64,000 nucleotides of DNA, taken from contig NW_018408922.1 in NCBI RefSeq assembly GCF_002113885.1, positions 1,671,144 to 1,735,143 on the forward strand, in the 5' to 3' direction. The notes beneath the pieces were generated by a model that saw only the letters and a program-made list of their open reading frames with translations, searched no databases and had not been told where the DNA came from. Source of the stretch: Mizuhopecten yessoensis (lineage: Eukaryota). The translations under genes were made by a program, and so were the position numbers. Positions 40,601 through 53,392 of this stretch are shown here, piece by piece (the stretch's first letter is position 1; every line of letters begins with the position of its first letter).

Positions 40601-43600
40601 CAATAATAATAATAGTATACAACATTTGATATAGCGCCCTATCTAGCTTACATAAGCCACTCTAAAGCGCTTTACAGTACATTTACATCAATCAATACGT
40701 TTTTGATGTTGAGGAACTCGCAGGAGCTGCCTTATCAGGCGCTAGCTACTAGTCCTATGCCACCTGGCTAGTATCTCCCTATGTGTGTATGCCCGTGTGT
40801 GTGCTGGAAATGTTATGTGTGTAAATGTGTATTTGAATTGTGCTCTTGTTAAATGTACATATTGGGATCTGTTGACAGGACTGGTGTCCAAAGATATGCA
40901 TGCAGTTGTATGGTCGGTGTAAAGAAGTAACGTTACACTCTGAATATATACATATTCGATGTTAATTAATCATATGGTGGTCGGGTGGCGTAGTGGATAG
41001 CGCACACGCCTTTAACCAAGACGACTTGGGTTCGATTTCCCAATCAGACGTGAAGAGGTATTGGGTCACCTGCCCAACCATGTGGGTTTTCTCCGGGTGT
41101 TCCGGTTTCCTCCAACATATGGACACCATGCGCCATTCTAACCGGGCTAACAAGAGTGATCAATATAAACTGGAATAACTTGCTTCACAAATCAGTAATT
41201 TCGTACATATTTAAATAAGTTGTTTTCGCGTATTCATATGCCTAAAAAATCATTAAAGGTTTGATATAAAACAATTCTCCGGTTTTCGGCCCCACGAAAA
41301 TATCTGTTTCCACAGTATTCTGAAATAAAATCTACCTGGCATCGCCTATTACAGTAGTGTTGGAAATGTCTGTGTCATCACTTGGCGGTCCGAGGTTGTG
41401 TGAGAGGTTGAGATGCACACTACCGGCTAAACCGTTGATCACAGAGATCTCGGTGACCAGCAAGCTGAACAAGACTTGGTGGGCGTACATTTTTAGCTCT
41501 ATTGTCACAAAATCCGATGTATATCTTTCGATATACATACCTGAATATAAATGAAAAATTACAATTAAAAGCCTAGGTCACTTTTCCACCAGTCCCAAAA
41601 ATATTTTAAAACGTCTTTTACTCTTCAGGAACAGTAACAGTAATAAAGCAGTATCGACATATACATCAAATGTTATTGACATTTCCGCTAAAATTCTTAA
41701 TTGGTTTTGAACGATATTGCTATGCCAGTGTGATTCAGACAACATAACTTCGCTTTTATTTACAGACACCAAAATTGCAAATAGCAAATAAGTAGAAGAA
41801 ATATAATATTTATCACGTTTTAGACAAGGTGTAAGGTATGACCAAGTTCGAGTATTAGTCAAGGTATTTGGTATGACAAAGGTTAATAGAATCTTACATG
41901 GGTGGGGTCCGTGGACAGGGAAATCTCAACCCGAGGGTAAGAGCTTAGCTGTCTAGCACGAAGCCTTGCCGAGGGTTGAGATGTCCCTGTCCACGAACCA
42001 TACCCATGTGTGATGTTTTGTATCCATACTCGAAATAAGCATGCCAGTGTCAATACTCCATGACCTTCATATGTTTATATACCATGACGCACAAGACGCA
42101 AAGTATGCAAAAGTGCGTCTTGACAATAGCGCGTGTAAGGAAAGACAGATGTATCTGTTCATGGGTCAATTCCAGTCTTTTACGGGTAATTATGAGAGAA
42201 GAGTTTCAATCAAGGTATTACGTTTAATTAAATTTAGGATGCGTCAAAGTTTAAGCTATAATCCTGTTCGGGTATAAAACGACCATTCTCGTGCCCATAC
42301 GGGTACTGCAACAGGTCCCTGCATGAGAGTAAAGGATGGCGAAAGGTGGTACTTGACATGTGTTAGGTTTAGCGTCATTGTAAACTTGCATGAATTTTTA
42401 GTTTGTTTCAGTTAGAGTTTCATGAATATTTGCATACCTCTGCCGACGTCCAAAGAGTATTTTCGAGTATCGACATCGAAGGAGAATCCCGTGATGCTGA
42501 TGGAGGATGTAGACTGCAGTCTGGCCCTGTGACTCGTTACATTATAACCGTTGTACAGCCCGCCCAGATACATTGTGTCGCTATGGACAACTGTAGCCAC
42601 GTGACCGTTTCCAATAGTTGGCATCGACATGGCATCGGGTAATCTGAAAGTATTCGAAAAAAAACACATTGTGAAATCTTCATTCGTTAGAAGATGAACC
42701 TAACATTCACAGGTGGTTGTACCTTTAACATTTGGTAATATATTATACTGCATCATGCAGCTGTTTCGTCCTTCTAGGGGGATGCAAAGTCCTTAATGTT
42801 GGAAATCCAAATTCTCTAAAGTGTAAACGACAGTTGCAACAGAGGGTCAAGTGCGTTCACATTTATTTGTTGGGTAATCATTCCACAGCATTTGATCATA
42901 TGGATTAATAGAAAATTTCCCTACCTTTAAATTGTGACAGAAAAAACCCATACTCAAATAGATGATACATTTGTTTGTCCAACCTGAAGCAATTATATGT
43001 GAACGATAGAAGCTGTTGGGATTAGATATTTACACATAGAGCACTGGCAATACATCTTACACATATACTACATGCATTTCAAAATCTTCCAACTGAATTG
43101 CCTCATTTTATTTTATTTTTGTTTTTGTTTTATCCCTTGCTTTTTTATCACTCCAACCAATAGTTATATACTGATGCCACATGGTTTTATACTTTTATAC
43201 TTCGTGTAACAGCAGCAGGGTATGGAAAGGAGGCATTGGTGACTTGCATAAAGAGAAGATTCTAGTAATTCCTCTGTTTATTATATCGTTGGGGCATAGA
43301 TTGTCTATTACTAATTAATTCTAATTGACTTTTTGATAAGAGCATCGTATAGCTCAAAATATCAATTAAATATTATAGGTTATATATAAATGAAACATAC
43401 ATGGGTCTATCTCCCCTATACCATCTGCTATGTAGACTGAGGATTTAAGCTACTTCTGAAATACATTTTACATAAATATTTTCTTATTAGTCATTTACTA
43501 TCTTTCTTTGTCATGTCAACCTAAGGAGAGAACTTATATTGGCCTAGCCTGCTGTACAATACTATTTCATACTAAAAAAATTGATGAAATAAATAAACCA

Positions 43601-44086
43601 AATATGCCGAGGGTTAGATAACCAAGTAATCACAAAAGGGAATGAAATATCTCTGTTTAATCCTCAAGGTAGGGGATGATTAATTTTCTCCGATCCTATT
43701 ATTTGAGTCACAACTCAACTGACCAGTTTCATATTTGTGGACATATGTATAAGAGGAGTTTACGGTCGTGAAAAAACTCACTGTTCAGTGGTAAACACCG
43801 TGACATCCGGGTTGAGGAATGCTGGGTAAGGTCTCTCGGTATATTTGATCCTCTTCTGTGTATTCCCATGGATCATTGTTACGTACTTGGCGTGACGGCT
43901 GTCACTATCTGAGTGTCCCTGTCCCCGTGTGGTAAAACTTCTGGGTTGTTTGTTACTTAAGATGGAGATGGACACGTTTGTTCTGTCATTGACTTCTTTG
44001 ATTGACATACGTATATCAGCAGCGACATATTGGTGTGTAATACAAAACAACAAACAAAGAACTCGCACCTGAAGACAACCCGCCAT
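34608..44086 (-). CDS. PGGHG: GH65 protein-glucosylgalactosylhydroxylysine glucosidase-like (acid trehalase-like 1), copy 1; complete, 11 coding exons, 766 aa, predicted signal peptide
   Basis: Join complement(34608..34958,35447..35572,35929..36029,36542..36751,38100..38309,38906..39089,39589..39812,40366..40544,41336..41540,42438..42643,43782..44086) = 2301 nt, all GT-AG, no internal stop. GH65/PGGHG motifs present: [46 protein letters not shown] (catalytic acid region), [21 protein letters not shown]...[14 protein letters not shown]. Confidence 0.92.
40600..40760 (-). mobile_element. 3' tail of an L2-like LINE or SINE
   Basis: The minus strand reads GTAAAGCGCTTTAGAG...GGCGCTATATCAAAT...(TAT)n, a typical L2-type 3' terminus. 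A similar remnant lies at about 46222-46295. Confidence 0.5.
40976..41200 (+). mobile_element. tRNA-derived SINE with V-domain (V-SINE-like) in PGGHG-1 intron 3
   Basis: A box TGGCGTAGTGG, B box GGTTCGATTTC, then GTGGGTTTTCTCCGGGTGTTCCGGTTTCCTCC, which matches the conserved V-domain core. Confidence 0.78.
41886..42010. repeat. Hairpin element in PGGHG-1 intron 2
   Basis: CATGGGT...CGTGGACAGGGAAATCTCAACCC pairs with GGGTTGAGATGTCCCTGTCCACG...ACCCATG. Confidence 0.75.
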
Positions 44087-44763
44087 TATCTACCTTCAAA
44101 AACAATGTACGATTATATATAGATAAGTATATCAATGTAGATAATATAAATTGAAAACATTACTAACTTCTTTACATACGAACAATTAAATACTGCATTC
44201 AATAATGCTTTATTATATGCATGCAAGTGAATAACATCAATATTATAATACATCATTAACTTACATTAACTTGCTATTTTCCCCGATGAAACGTTTTTCA
44301 GATCAAATCCTCCAGTAACCATGAACCACGGAGGCCATGGTGTTCAAAGTATAAAGTATGTCGTCCTTAAGATAACGCGAGTACATACCAGTGTAGCTAC
44401 TGTTGATATGTATGACCTTGAATGACAGCTGGTGAGATTAAAAACGATACTGATATGAGGGTGGTGATATCTTTGTGGTTACTTGGTGAAGATAGCATAC
44501 TTTGTTTATTGAGATACATCTATGATTCAAATTCACACATTAGAAGTGTACATGTTATACGATTTCACCCCACAAAATAATGATGTACATTTGGAATATC
44601 ATGATACAATAGTTAGATAGTATTATTGCTCTTTTCTGTATGAACTATGTGTACTGTATGTACATTTTGAAATATTTTGAAAAAAAAAAGTATATTAATA
44701 TTACAAACTTTTTTTTAAAGTCCCCATGGTAATTTCCGTATAGGTGTAGCGTGGACTGAGTTT

Positions 44764-45335
44764 CACGTTTGTGCAAATCTGAATACCTTGCATATCTTAT
44801 CTGCTTATAGATTTATTTAGAGTAATAAGATTGATGTACTTTGAGGATATATTTCGTTTTTGAAAGCCTGTTTTAAAACTGAATCAGATAAATATTTACA
44901 ATATGCCATATTCCGTTATCATTTAATGTCTTTCCCCAGGGACTGTTAAAAAATAAAGTATAGGTGTTGTGCTGTATTCACTCAATCCTCAACAAACATG
45001 TCATTGACTAAATGAATAAAAGGTGTATATTTTGTTGTTTCATATCCCAGTGTTATTGATGCCACAATTAAGTTCAAGTATACAAGGCTAGTTATAAGGA
45101 CATAATTATCAAAAAGTCTTTGAAGCAATTCTTCGAGGCACAAATCTGCGAAGTATCTGCGGAGCTATAGCGGTACCTTAGAAAACCTTTATTGGCAAAT
45201 ATATATATTTGTCTTTAAAACTATCAGTCCACGTTTGTGCAAATCTGAATATCTCACATATCTTATCAGCTATAGATTTATTTAGAGTAATCAGATTGGT
45301 GTACTTTGATGATATATTTCGTTTTTTGAAAGCCT
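44764..45335. repeat. ~105-bp dispersed direct duplication upstream of PGGHG-1 (44764-44869 and 45230-45335)
   Basis: CACGTTTGTGCAAATCTGAATA...CATATCTTATC...ATAGATTTATTTAGAGTAAT...GATATATTTCGTTTTTGAAAGCCT is present twice. Confidence 0.8.
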
Positions 45336-45740
45336 TACCTTTTAGTGGCAACAATTTCATTTTGTTCACCACTGATTAAAAAGCTAATTAACCTTTCAGC
45401 AACCAGAGCCGGGTGGTTCCAAAAAGATACACAGTATGGTCATTCAGGATTAAACATCAATAAAATGTGTAACAGTTATCCATAATTCCATCTCAAACAT
45501 GTTGAGAATTAATATTTGTTAAATTGTTTTCGTATCACGATGACTTGTTCGAACTGTTATCTTACTATCCATATTCAGAGTTGAGTTTTCGTCAATAACT
45601 ATCAAACTTGAAAGGTCTTTAGGTCAATCCACTCGAACGTATATAAATAACTACTGAATCAAATGTTTGGCATGAAGATAGCAATTGTTTAATGACAAGA
45701 ATATTTGGCAGATATGGAATATGTGACACTATGCGACACA

Positions 45741-46091
45741 TCAGACAAGCTTCAATGCTGCGTTTCCCCTTTGGTACTGAACTATAAAGCCGATGTCCAG
45801 AGTCTGCGAGTCACTAGTCGAGGCTGTAACAACCTCCATCTCATCCACAGCAGCCCTAGTTTGGTTAATACTCATGTATTTAGTATCAAAACTAATATTT
45901 AGGTACCCTCCAAGATAATCTACCACGGTTATATTGAAGGTCGAGGTATCAGGAAGTAACGTGGGGTCAAATTGAAGCCTGTCCTCGAATATCCAAAATC
46001 CTCCTTATCTCAATATAAGTGACTGTAGGTACCCGCCGATATCGGTGAGGAAGTTCCTGGCCCCTCGTCCAACTGGCTCCTCAGACCAGAT
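45741..46091 (-). pseudogene. Orphan, stop-disrupted copy of the PGGHG last exon (exon 11)
   Basis: 351 nt, the same length as exon 11 of both genes, with an intact AG acceptor. Translates [42 protein letters not shown]...LKLV*. An in-frame TAA at 46005-46007 replaces Tyr. No dedicated upstream exons were found between it and copy 2. Confidence 0.85.
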
Positions 46092-46785
46092 CTGTTGATA
46101 AGGGGACAACACATTAAATTTTGGAAAGGTTGTTGACATACATTATATAAATATATATCTCAACATTCGTAAATATAGATATCTTGGTAACATATATTAT
46201 CTAGTATTAAATATGATATATGATAATAATAATAACTCGAGGCGCTTATATACCGCTTTATCACATCTGATTGCGTAGATCGTCTCAAAGCGGTTCGAAA
46301 GTTATTAGCTGTGGCCTTTCCAATCAGCCAAAATCTTGGAATGTGATCCTCTTCAGTGTGTTTCCATGGATCAATGTTCATTTCTTGTTATGTTTGAGTC
46401 ATTCGACAGTGTGTCACTTTGGAATGAAACTGACATATTCATACTGGGTTTTCTTTGTTTATACGTCGACTAAAGCTGTATATCATAAACGCGATGAAGC
46501 ACAAAACACGCAAATATGGAAAACATCCCATTATCTAGATAAAAAATCAAATCTTTCGATTATTTTAATATATAATTGGCAGACAGTTTTGAATAAATAT
46601 ATCAACCATAATAGCTGATTACGAACGAAGTCTAGCTAGCTTACGTTATTTCTGTGACCTACATATGTACGCTGAGGTACTGAATCCGTACCTATCAGCA
46701 AAGAAACCATCTTCGCTAGCCAAGTGTTTGCTTTGTTTACCCTTCATTTACCAATGGTGGATATAGCCGTGTTTACCGAGCTTTC

Positions 46786-49700
46786 AGGGACCGCAGAACT
46801 AAACGATTTTCCATAGACGATAGTGTTAACGTTTACCACTGTCCATGTTAAATGGGGTAATCCACACTGGTTCACACCTGCCCTCATTTTGAAGGATGTC
46901 ATCTCACACACCTGTAAACAAGAAGTTCAAAAGTTCTACCTATTTGAATTTATTTTTAATTGGGGGCCGCCATTTTGTATTGAATTCGGCACCAAAAATT
47001 GACCAAAACCTACAATAAATTCCACACTTACTAAACTCCCCCGGAGAACAACAGACTTGAATTGTTTTTTTGTTTTTTTTTATACACTTCACATCTATAG
47101 ATATAGCTCAATCCACACATAACACTTTTGAAACCTCTGCCACCTAAATATCCAACCAGCAGGCCCCGAGGCATTCGCTTTCCTATGAAATCTGCTACCC
47201 AAAAGGGAAAAACCCACCATCTATTTTTAATTTGGTTCTGTGGTCCCTATACGGCACCGTTTTCCTCTAAGAAAAGTAAACATGTTCACAATTGATCCGA
47301 CAATTTAACGTTATATTATTATTTTACCTCAAAATAAGGCATTATCTGTGATTGCCATCTCTAGTGTCGTCATTCACATATGTGTATTGAGATATGATAC
47401 GCGTCATAGAGAGTTATAGGTTGAAACAAATAGGACTCATCAGCGATGCCAGGAGTTAAATGTTGGAAACCCAAGTAGATCTAACAAACTGTTGAAACAG
47501 AAGGGAAGGTGGGCGTATGAAAACCCTTAATGTATGAATTGTTTACTCGCACTTATATTACTGACGTTGTGAAAAAAGAGGTCAAATCTAATTTAAATAT
47601 ATTCTAATTACTAATTTGAATATGACGTAACATTTGGACATAGTGGGGTTTAAAATGATTCGTTCTGCCACTTGTTTTAGCCCACCGTCCTCCCTCTAAC
47701 ACACTTTCCTATAAAGAAATTTTGGAAATCGGAAACCTTGGTATAGACTCATTTGCATATCTCGTGCTTTGCGTCAAATACAATTCCGTGCATTAACCAA
47801 TGGAAAGGATCCAAATACATTATTAAGTTTAAGAAATCACAGCTCTATTTTAGTAAATAGCCTGACATTTCTTTAGAATTTTAAATTAATTATGTTTTGA
47901 TGAAACATTTTCCTTACATCCGTCAGGTGAACGTAAGTGTTATCTCCCCTACGCAATGGTATTCCATGTCAAATAAAATTCCGTGCATTAGGCAAATGTT
48001 ACTTTCCATTTTTCCTAGTGTTACATATAAGATGCCTCTACAAAAATTAAAAACGTTTGACGGCAAATAATCACTTTGTACAATATCAAAATGAGCCGTA
48101 AAAAATGATATTGTTTGAGGAAAAAAAGTGATGCTTGCAGGATTCGAACCATCGAAGACGAAAACGTTGAAACTCGTGTTTAAGTAAGACCTACCGGTTT
48201 AGCCCACTACACCACTCCATTAGATATTGTAAAGTCGAGTTTTTATTCGTCAAGACAAAATTATGTGACTGTATTTTATTATGTAAACAGAATTATTTCA
48301 TTGTTGTTAATGTAACAGCATGTACCATTTTGAGAGCTTGAATGCTCGTGGTATGAATGTGTATATGAATTGGGCATCAAACTATGTATGTCTTAAAAAG
48401 AAAGTGTAGCGTCCATTTCCTGTCAGTCATGAAAAATGTCCCCGCTATAGATAGATATCCAGAAACTACTGAGACGAGGTTATTTCAAACTCCCAATTTT
48501 ACCGTCACGCCATATATTTACATGTATAGGGACCGCAGAACCAAACGATTTTCCATAGACGATAGTGTTAACGTTTACCACTGTCCATGTTAAATGGGGT
48601 TATCTACACTGGTTCACACCTGCCCTCATTTTGAAAAATGTCATCTCACATACCTATAAAAAAGAAGTTTAAAAATTCTACCTATTTGAATTTTTTTTTT
48701 AATTGGGGCCGCCATTTTGTATTGAATTCGGCACCAAAAATTGACCAAAACCTACAATAAATTACACACTTACTAAACTCCCCCGGAGAACAACAGACTT
48801 GAATTGTGGTGTTTTTTTATACACTTCACATCTATATATATAGCTCAATTCACACATAAAACTTTTGAAACCTCTACCACCTAAATATCCAACCACAGCC
48901 CCGAGGCATTCGCTTTCCTATGAAATCTGCTACCCAAAAGGGAAAAACCCACCATCTATTTTTAATTTGGTTCTGTGGTCCCTATACGGCACCGTTTTCC
49001 TCTAAGCAAAGTAAACATGTTCACAATTGATCCGACAATTTAACGTTATATTATTATTTTACCTCAAAATAAGGCATTATCTGTGATTGCCATCTCTAGT
49101 GTCGTCATTCACATATGTGAATTGAGATATGATACGCGTCATAGAGAGTTATAGGTTGAAACAAATAGGACTCATCAGCGATGCCAGGAGTTAAATGTTG
49201 GAAACCCAAGTAGATCTAACAAACTGTTGAAACAGGAGGGAAGGTGGGCGTATGAAAACCCTTAATGAATGAATTGTTTACTCGCACTTATATTACTGAC
49301 GTTGTGAAAAAAGAGGTCAAATCTAATTTAAATATATTCTAATTACTAATTTGAATATGACGTAACATTTGGACATAGTGGGGTTTAAAATGATTCGTTC
49401 TGCCACTTGTTTTAGCCCACCGTCCTCCCTCTAACACACTTTCCTATAAAGAAATTTTGGAAATCGGAAACCTTGGTATAGACTCATTTGCATATCTCGT
49501 GCTTTGCGTCAAATACAATTCCGTGCATTAACCAATTGAAAGGATCCAAATACATTATTAAGTTTAAGAAATCACAGCTCTATTTTAGTAAATAGCCTGA
49601 CATTTCTTTAGAATTTTAAATTAATTATGTTTTGATGAAATATTTTCCTTACATCCGTCAGGTGAACGTAAGTGTTATCTCCCCTACGCAATGGTATTCC

Positions 49701-52700
49701 ATGTCAAATAAAATTCCGTGCATTAGGCAAATGTTACTTTCCATTTTTACTAATGTTACATATAAGATGCCTCTACAAAAATTAAAAACGTTTGACAGCA
49801 AATAATCACTTTGTACAATATCAAAATGAGCCGTACAAAAAGATATTGTTTGGGGAAAAAAGTGATACTTGCAGGACTCGAACCATCGAAGACGAAAACG
49901 TTGAAAGTCGTGTATAAGTAAGACCTACCGGTTTAGCCCACTACACCACTCCATTAGATATTGTAAAGTCGAGTTTTTATTCGTCAAGACAAAATTATGT
50001 GACTGTATTTTATTATGTTAACAGAATTATTTCATTGTTGTTAATGTAACAGCATGTACCATTTTGAGAGCTTGAATGCTCGTGGTATGAATGTGTATAT
50101 GAATTGGGCATCAAACTATGTATGTCTTAAAAAGAAAGTGTAGCGTCCATTTCCTGTCAGTCATGAAAAATGTCCCCGATATAGATAGATATCCTGAAAC
50201 TACTGAGACGAGGTTATTTCAAACTCCCAATTTTACCGTCACGCCATATATTTACATGTATAGGGACCGCAGAACCAAACGATTTTCCATAGACGATAGT
50301 GTTAACGTTTACCACTGTCCATGTTAAATGGGGTTATCTACACTGGTTCACACCTGCCCTCATTTTGAAAAATGTCATCTCACATACCTATAAAAAAGAA
50401 GTTTAAAAATTCTACCTATTTGAATTTTTTTTGTTAATTGGGGGCCGCCATTTTGTATTGAATTCGGCACCAAAAATTGACCAAAACCTACAATAAATTA
50501 CACACTTACTAAACTCCCCCGGAGAACAACAGACTTGAATTGTGGTGTTTTTTTATACACTTCACATCTATATATATAGCTCAATTCACACATAAAACTT
50601 TTGAAACCTCTACCACCTAAATATCCAACCACGGCCCCGAGGCATTCGCTTTCCTATGAAATCTGCTACCCAAAAGGGAAAAACCCACCATCTATTTTTA
50701 ATTTGGTTCTGTGGTCCCTATACGGCACCGTTTTCCTCTAAGAAAAGTAAACATGTTCACAATTGATCCGACAATTTAACGTTATATTATTATTTTACCT
50801 CAAAATAAGGCATTATCTGTGATTGCCATCTCTAGTGTCGTCATTCACATATGTGTATTGAGATATGATACGCGTCATAGAGAGTTATAGGTTGAAACAA
50901 ATAGGACTCATCAGCGATGCCAGGAGTTAAATGTTGGAAACCCAAGTAGATCTAACAAACTGTTGAAACAGAAGGGAAGGTGGGCGTATGAAAACCCTTC
51001 ATGTATGAATTGTTTACTTGCACTTATATTACTGACGTTGTGAAAAAAGAGGTCAAATCTAATTTAAAAATATTGTAATTACTAATTTGAATATGACGTA
51101 ACATTTGGACATAGTTTTTTTGTGTTTCATAAACCATTTGGACATAGTGGGGTTTAAAATGATTCGTTCTGCCACTTGTTTTAGCCCACCGTCCTGCCTC
51201 TAACACACTTTCATATAAAGAAATTTTGGAAATCGGAAACCTTGGTATAGACTCATTTGCATATCTCGTGCTTTGCGTCAAATAAAATTCCGTGCATTAA
51301 CCAATTGAAAGGATCCAAATATATTATTAAGTTTAAGAAATCACAGCTCTATTTTAGTAAATAGCCTGACATTTCTTTTGAATTTTAAATTAATTATGTT
51401 TTGAGGAAACATTTTCCTTACATCCGTCAGGTGAACGTAAGTGTTATCTCCCCTACGCAATGGTATTCCATGTCAAATAAAATTCCGTGCATTAGGCAAA
51501 TGTTACTTTCCATTTTTCCTAGTGTTACATATAGGATGCCTCTACAAAAATTAAAAACGTCTGACGGCAAATAATCACTTTGTACAATATCAAAATGAGC
51601 CGTACAAAATGATATTGTTTGAGGAAAAAAAGTGATGCTTGCAGGACTCGAACCATCGAAGACGAAAACGTCAATACTCGTGTATAAGTAAGACCTACCG
51701 GTTTAGCCCACTACACCACTCCATTAGATATTGTAAAACCCAGTTTTTATTTGTCAAGACAAAATTATGTGACTGTATTTTATTATGTAAACAGAATTAT
51801 TTCATTGTTGTTAATGTAACAGCATGTACCATTTTGAGAGCTTGAATGCTCGTGGTATGAATGTGTATATGAATTGGGCATCAAACTATGTATGTCTTAA
51901 AAAGAAAGTGTAGCGTCCATTTCCTGTCAGTCATGAAAAATGTCCCCGATATAGATAGATATCCTGAAACTACTGAGACGAGGTTATTTCAAACTCCCAA
52001 TTTTACCGTCACGCCATATATTTACATGTATAGGGACCGCAGAACCAAACGATTTTCCATTGACGATAGTGTTAACGTTTACCACTGTCCATGTTAAATG
52101 GGGTTATCTACACTGGTTCACACCTGCCCTCATTTTGAAAAATGTCATCTCACATACCTATAAAAAAGAAGTTTAAAAATTCTACCTATTTGAATTTTTT
52201 TTTTAATTGGGGCCGCCATTTTGTATTGAATTCGGCACCAAAAATTGACCAAAACCTACAATAAATTACACACTTACTAAACTCCCCCGGAGAACAACAG
52301 ACTTGAATTGTGGTGTTTTTTTATACACTTCACATCTATATATATAGCTCAATCCACACATAAAACTTTTGAAACCTCTACCACCTAAATATCCAACCAC
52401 AGCCCCGAGGCATTCGCTTTCCTATGACATCTCCTACCCAAAAGGGAAAAACCCACCATCTATTTTTAATTTGGTTCTGTGGTCCCTATACGGCACCGTT
52501 TTCCTCTAAGAAAAGTAAACATGTTCACAATTGATCCGACAATTTAACGTTATATTATTATTTTACCTCAAAAAAAGGCATTATCTGTGATTGCCATCTC
52601 TAGTGTAGTCATTCACATATGTGAATTGAGATATGATACGCGTCATAGAGAGTTATAGGTTGAAACAAATAGGACTCATCAGCGATGCCAGGAGTTAAAT

Positions 52701-53392
52701 GTTGGAAACCCAAGTAGATCTAACAAACTGTTGATCCGACAATTTAACGTTATATTATTATTTTACCTCAAAAAAAGGCATTATCTGTGATTGCCATCTC
52801 TAGTGTAGTCATTCACATATGTGAATTGAGATATGATACGCGTCATAGAGAGTTATAGGTTGAAACAAATAGGACTCATCAGCGATGCCAGGAGTTAAAT
52901 GTTGGAAACCCAAGTAGATCTAACAAACTGTTGAAACAGAAGGGAAGGTGGGCGTATGAAAACCCTTAATGTATGAATTGTTTACTCGCACTTATATTAC
53001 TGACGTTGTGAAAAAAGAGGTCAAATCTTATTTAAATATATTCTAATTACTAATTTGAATATGACGTAACATTTGGACATAGTGGGGTTTAAAATGATTC
53101 GTTCTGCCACTTTTTTTAGCCCACCGTCCTCCTCTAACACACTTTCCTATAAAGAAATTTTGGAAATCGGAAACCTTGGTATAAACTCATTTGCATATCT
53201 CGTGCTTTGCAAGACAAAATTATGTGACTGTATTTTATTATGTAAACAGAATTATTTCATTGTTGTTAATGTAACAACATGTACCATTTTGAGAGCTTGA
53301 ATGCTCGTGGTATGAATGTGTATATGAATTGGGCATCAAACTATGTATGTCTTAAAAAGAAAGTGTAGCGTCCATTTCCTGTCAGTCATGAA
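46786..53392. repeat. Tandem array of about four ~1.74-kb units
   Basis: Units start at 46786, 48528, 50262 and 52032 (periods 1742, 1734, 1770). The same spurious ORF MYVLKRKCSVH recurs at 48384, 50118, 51888 and 53343. Unit 4 has a 200-bp internal duplication (52531/52731) and a ~480-bp deletion at about 53210. Confidence 0.95.
48528..48983. mobile_element. ~460-bp MITE nested in every array unit (also 46786-47248, 50262-50719, 52032-52487)
   Basis: Terminal inverted repeats (TAT)AGGGACCGCAGAACCAAA / TTTGGTTCTGTGGTCCCT(ATA) with 1 mismatch, in a TA-containing flank. Confidence 0.75.
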
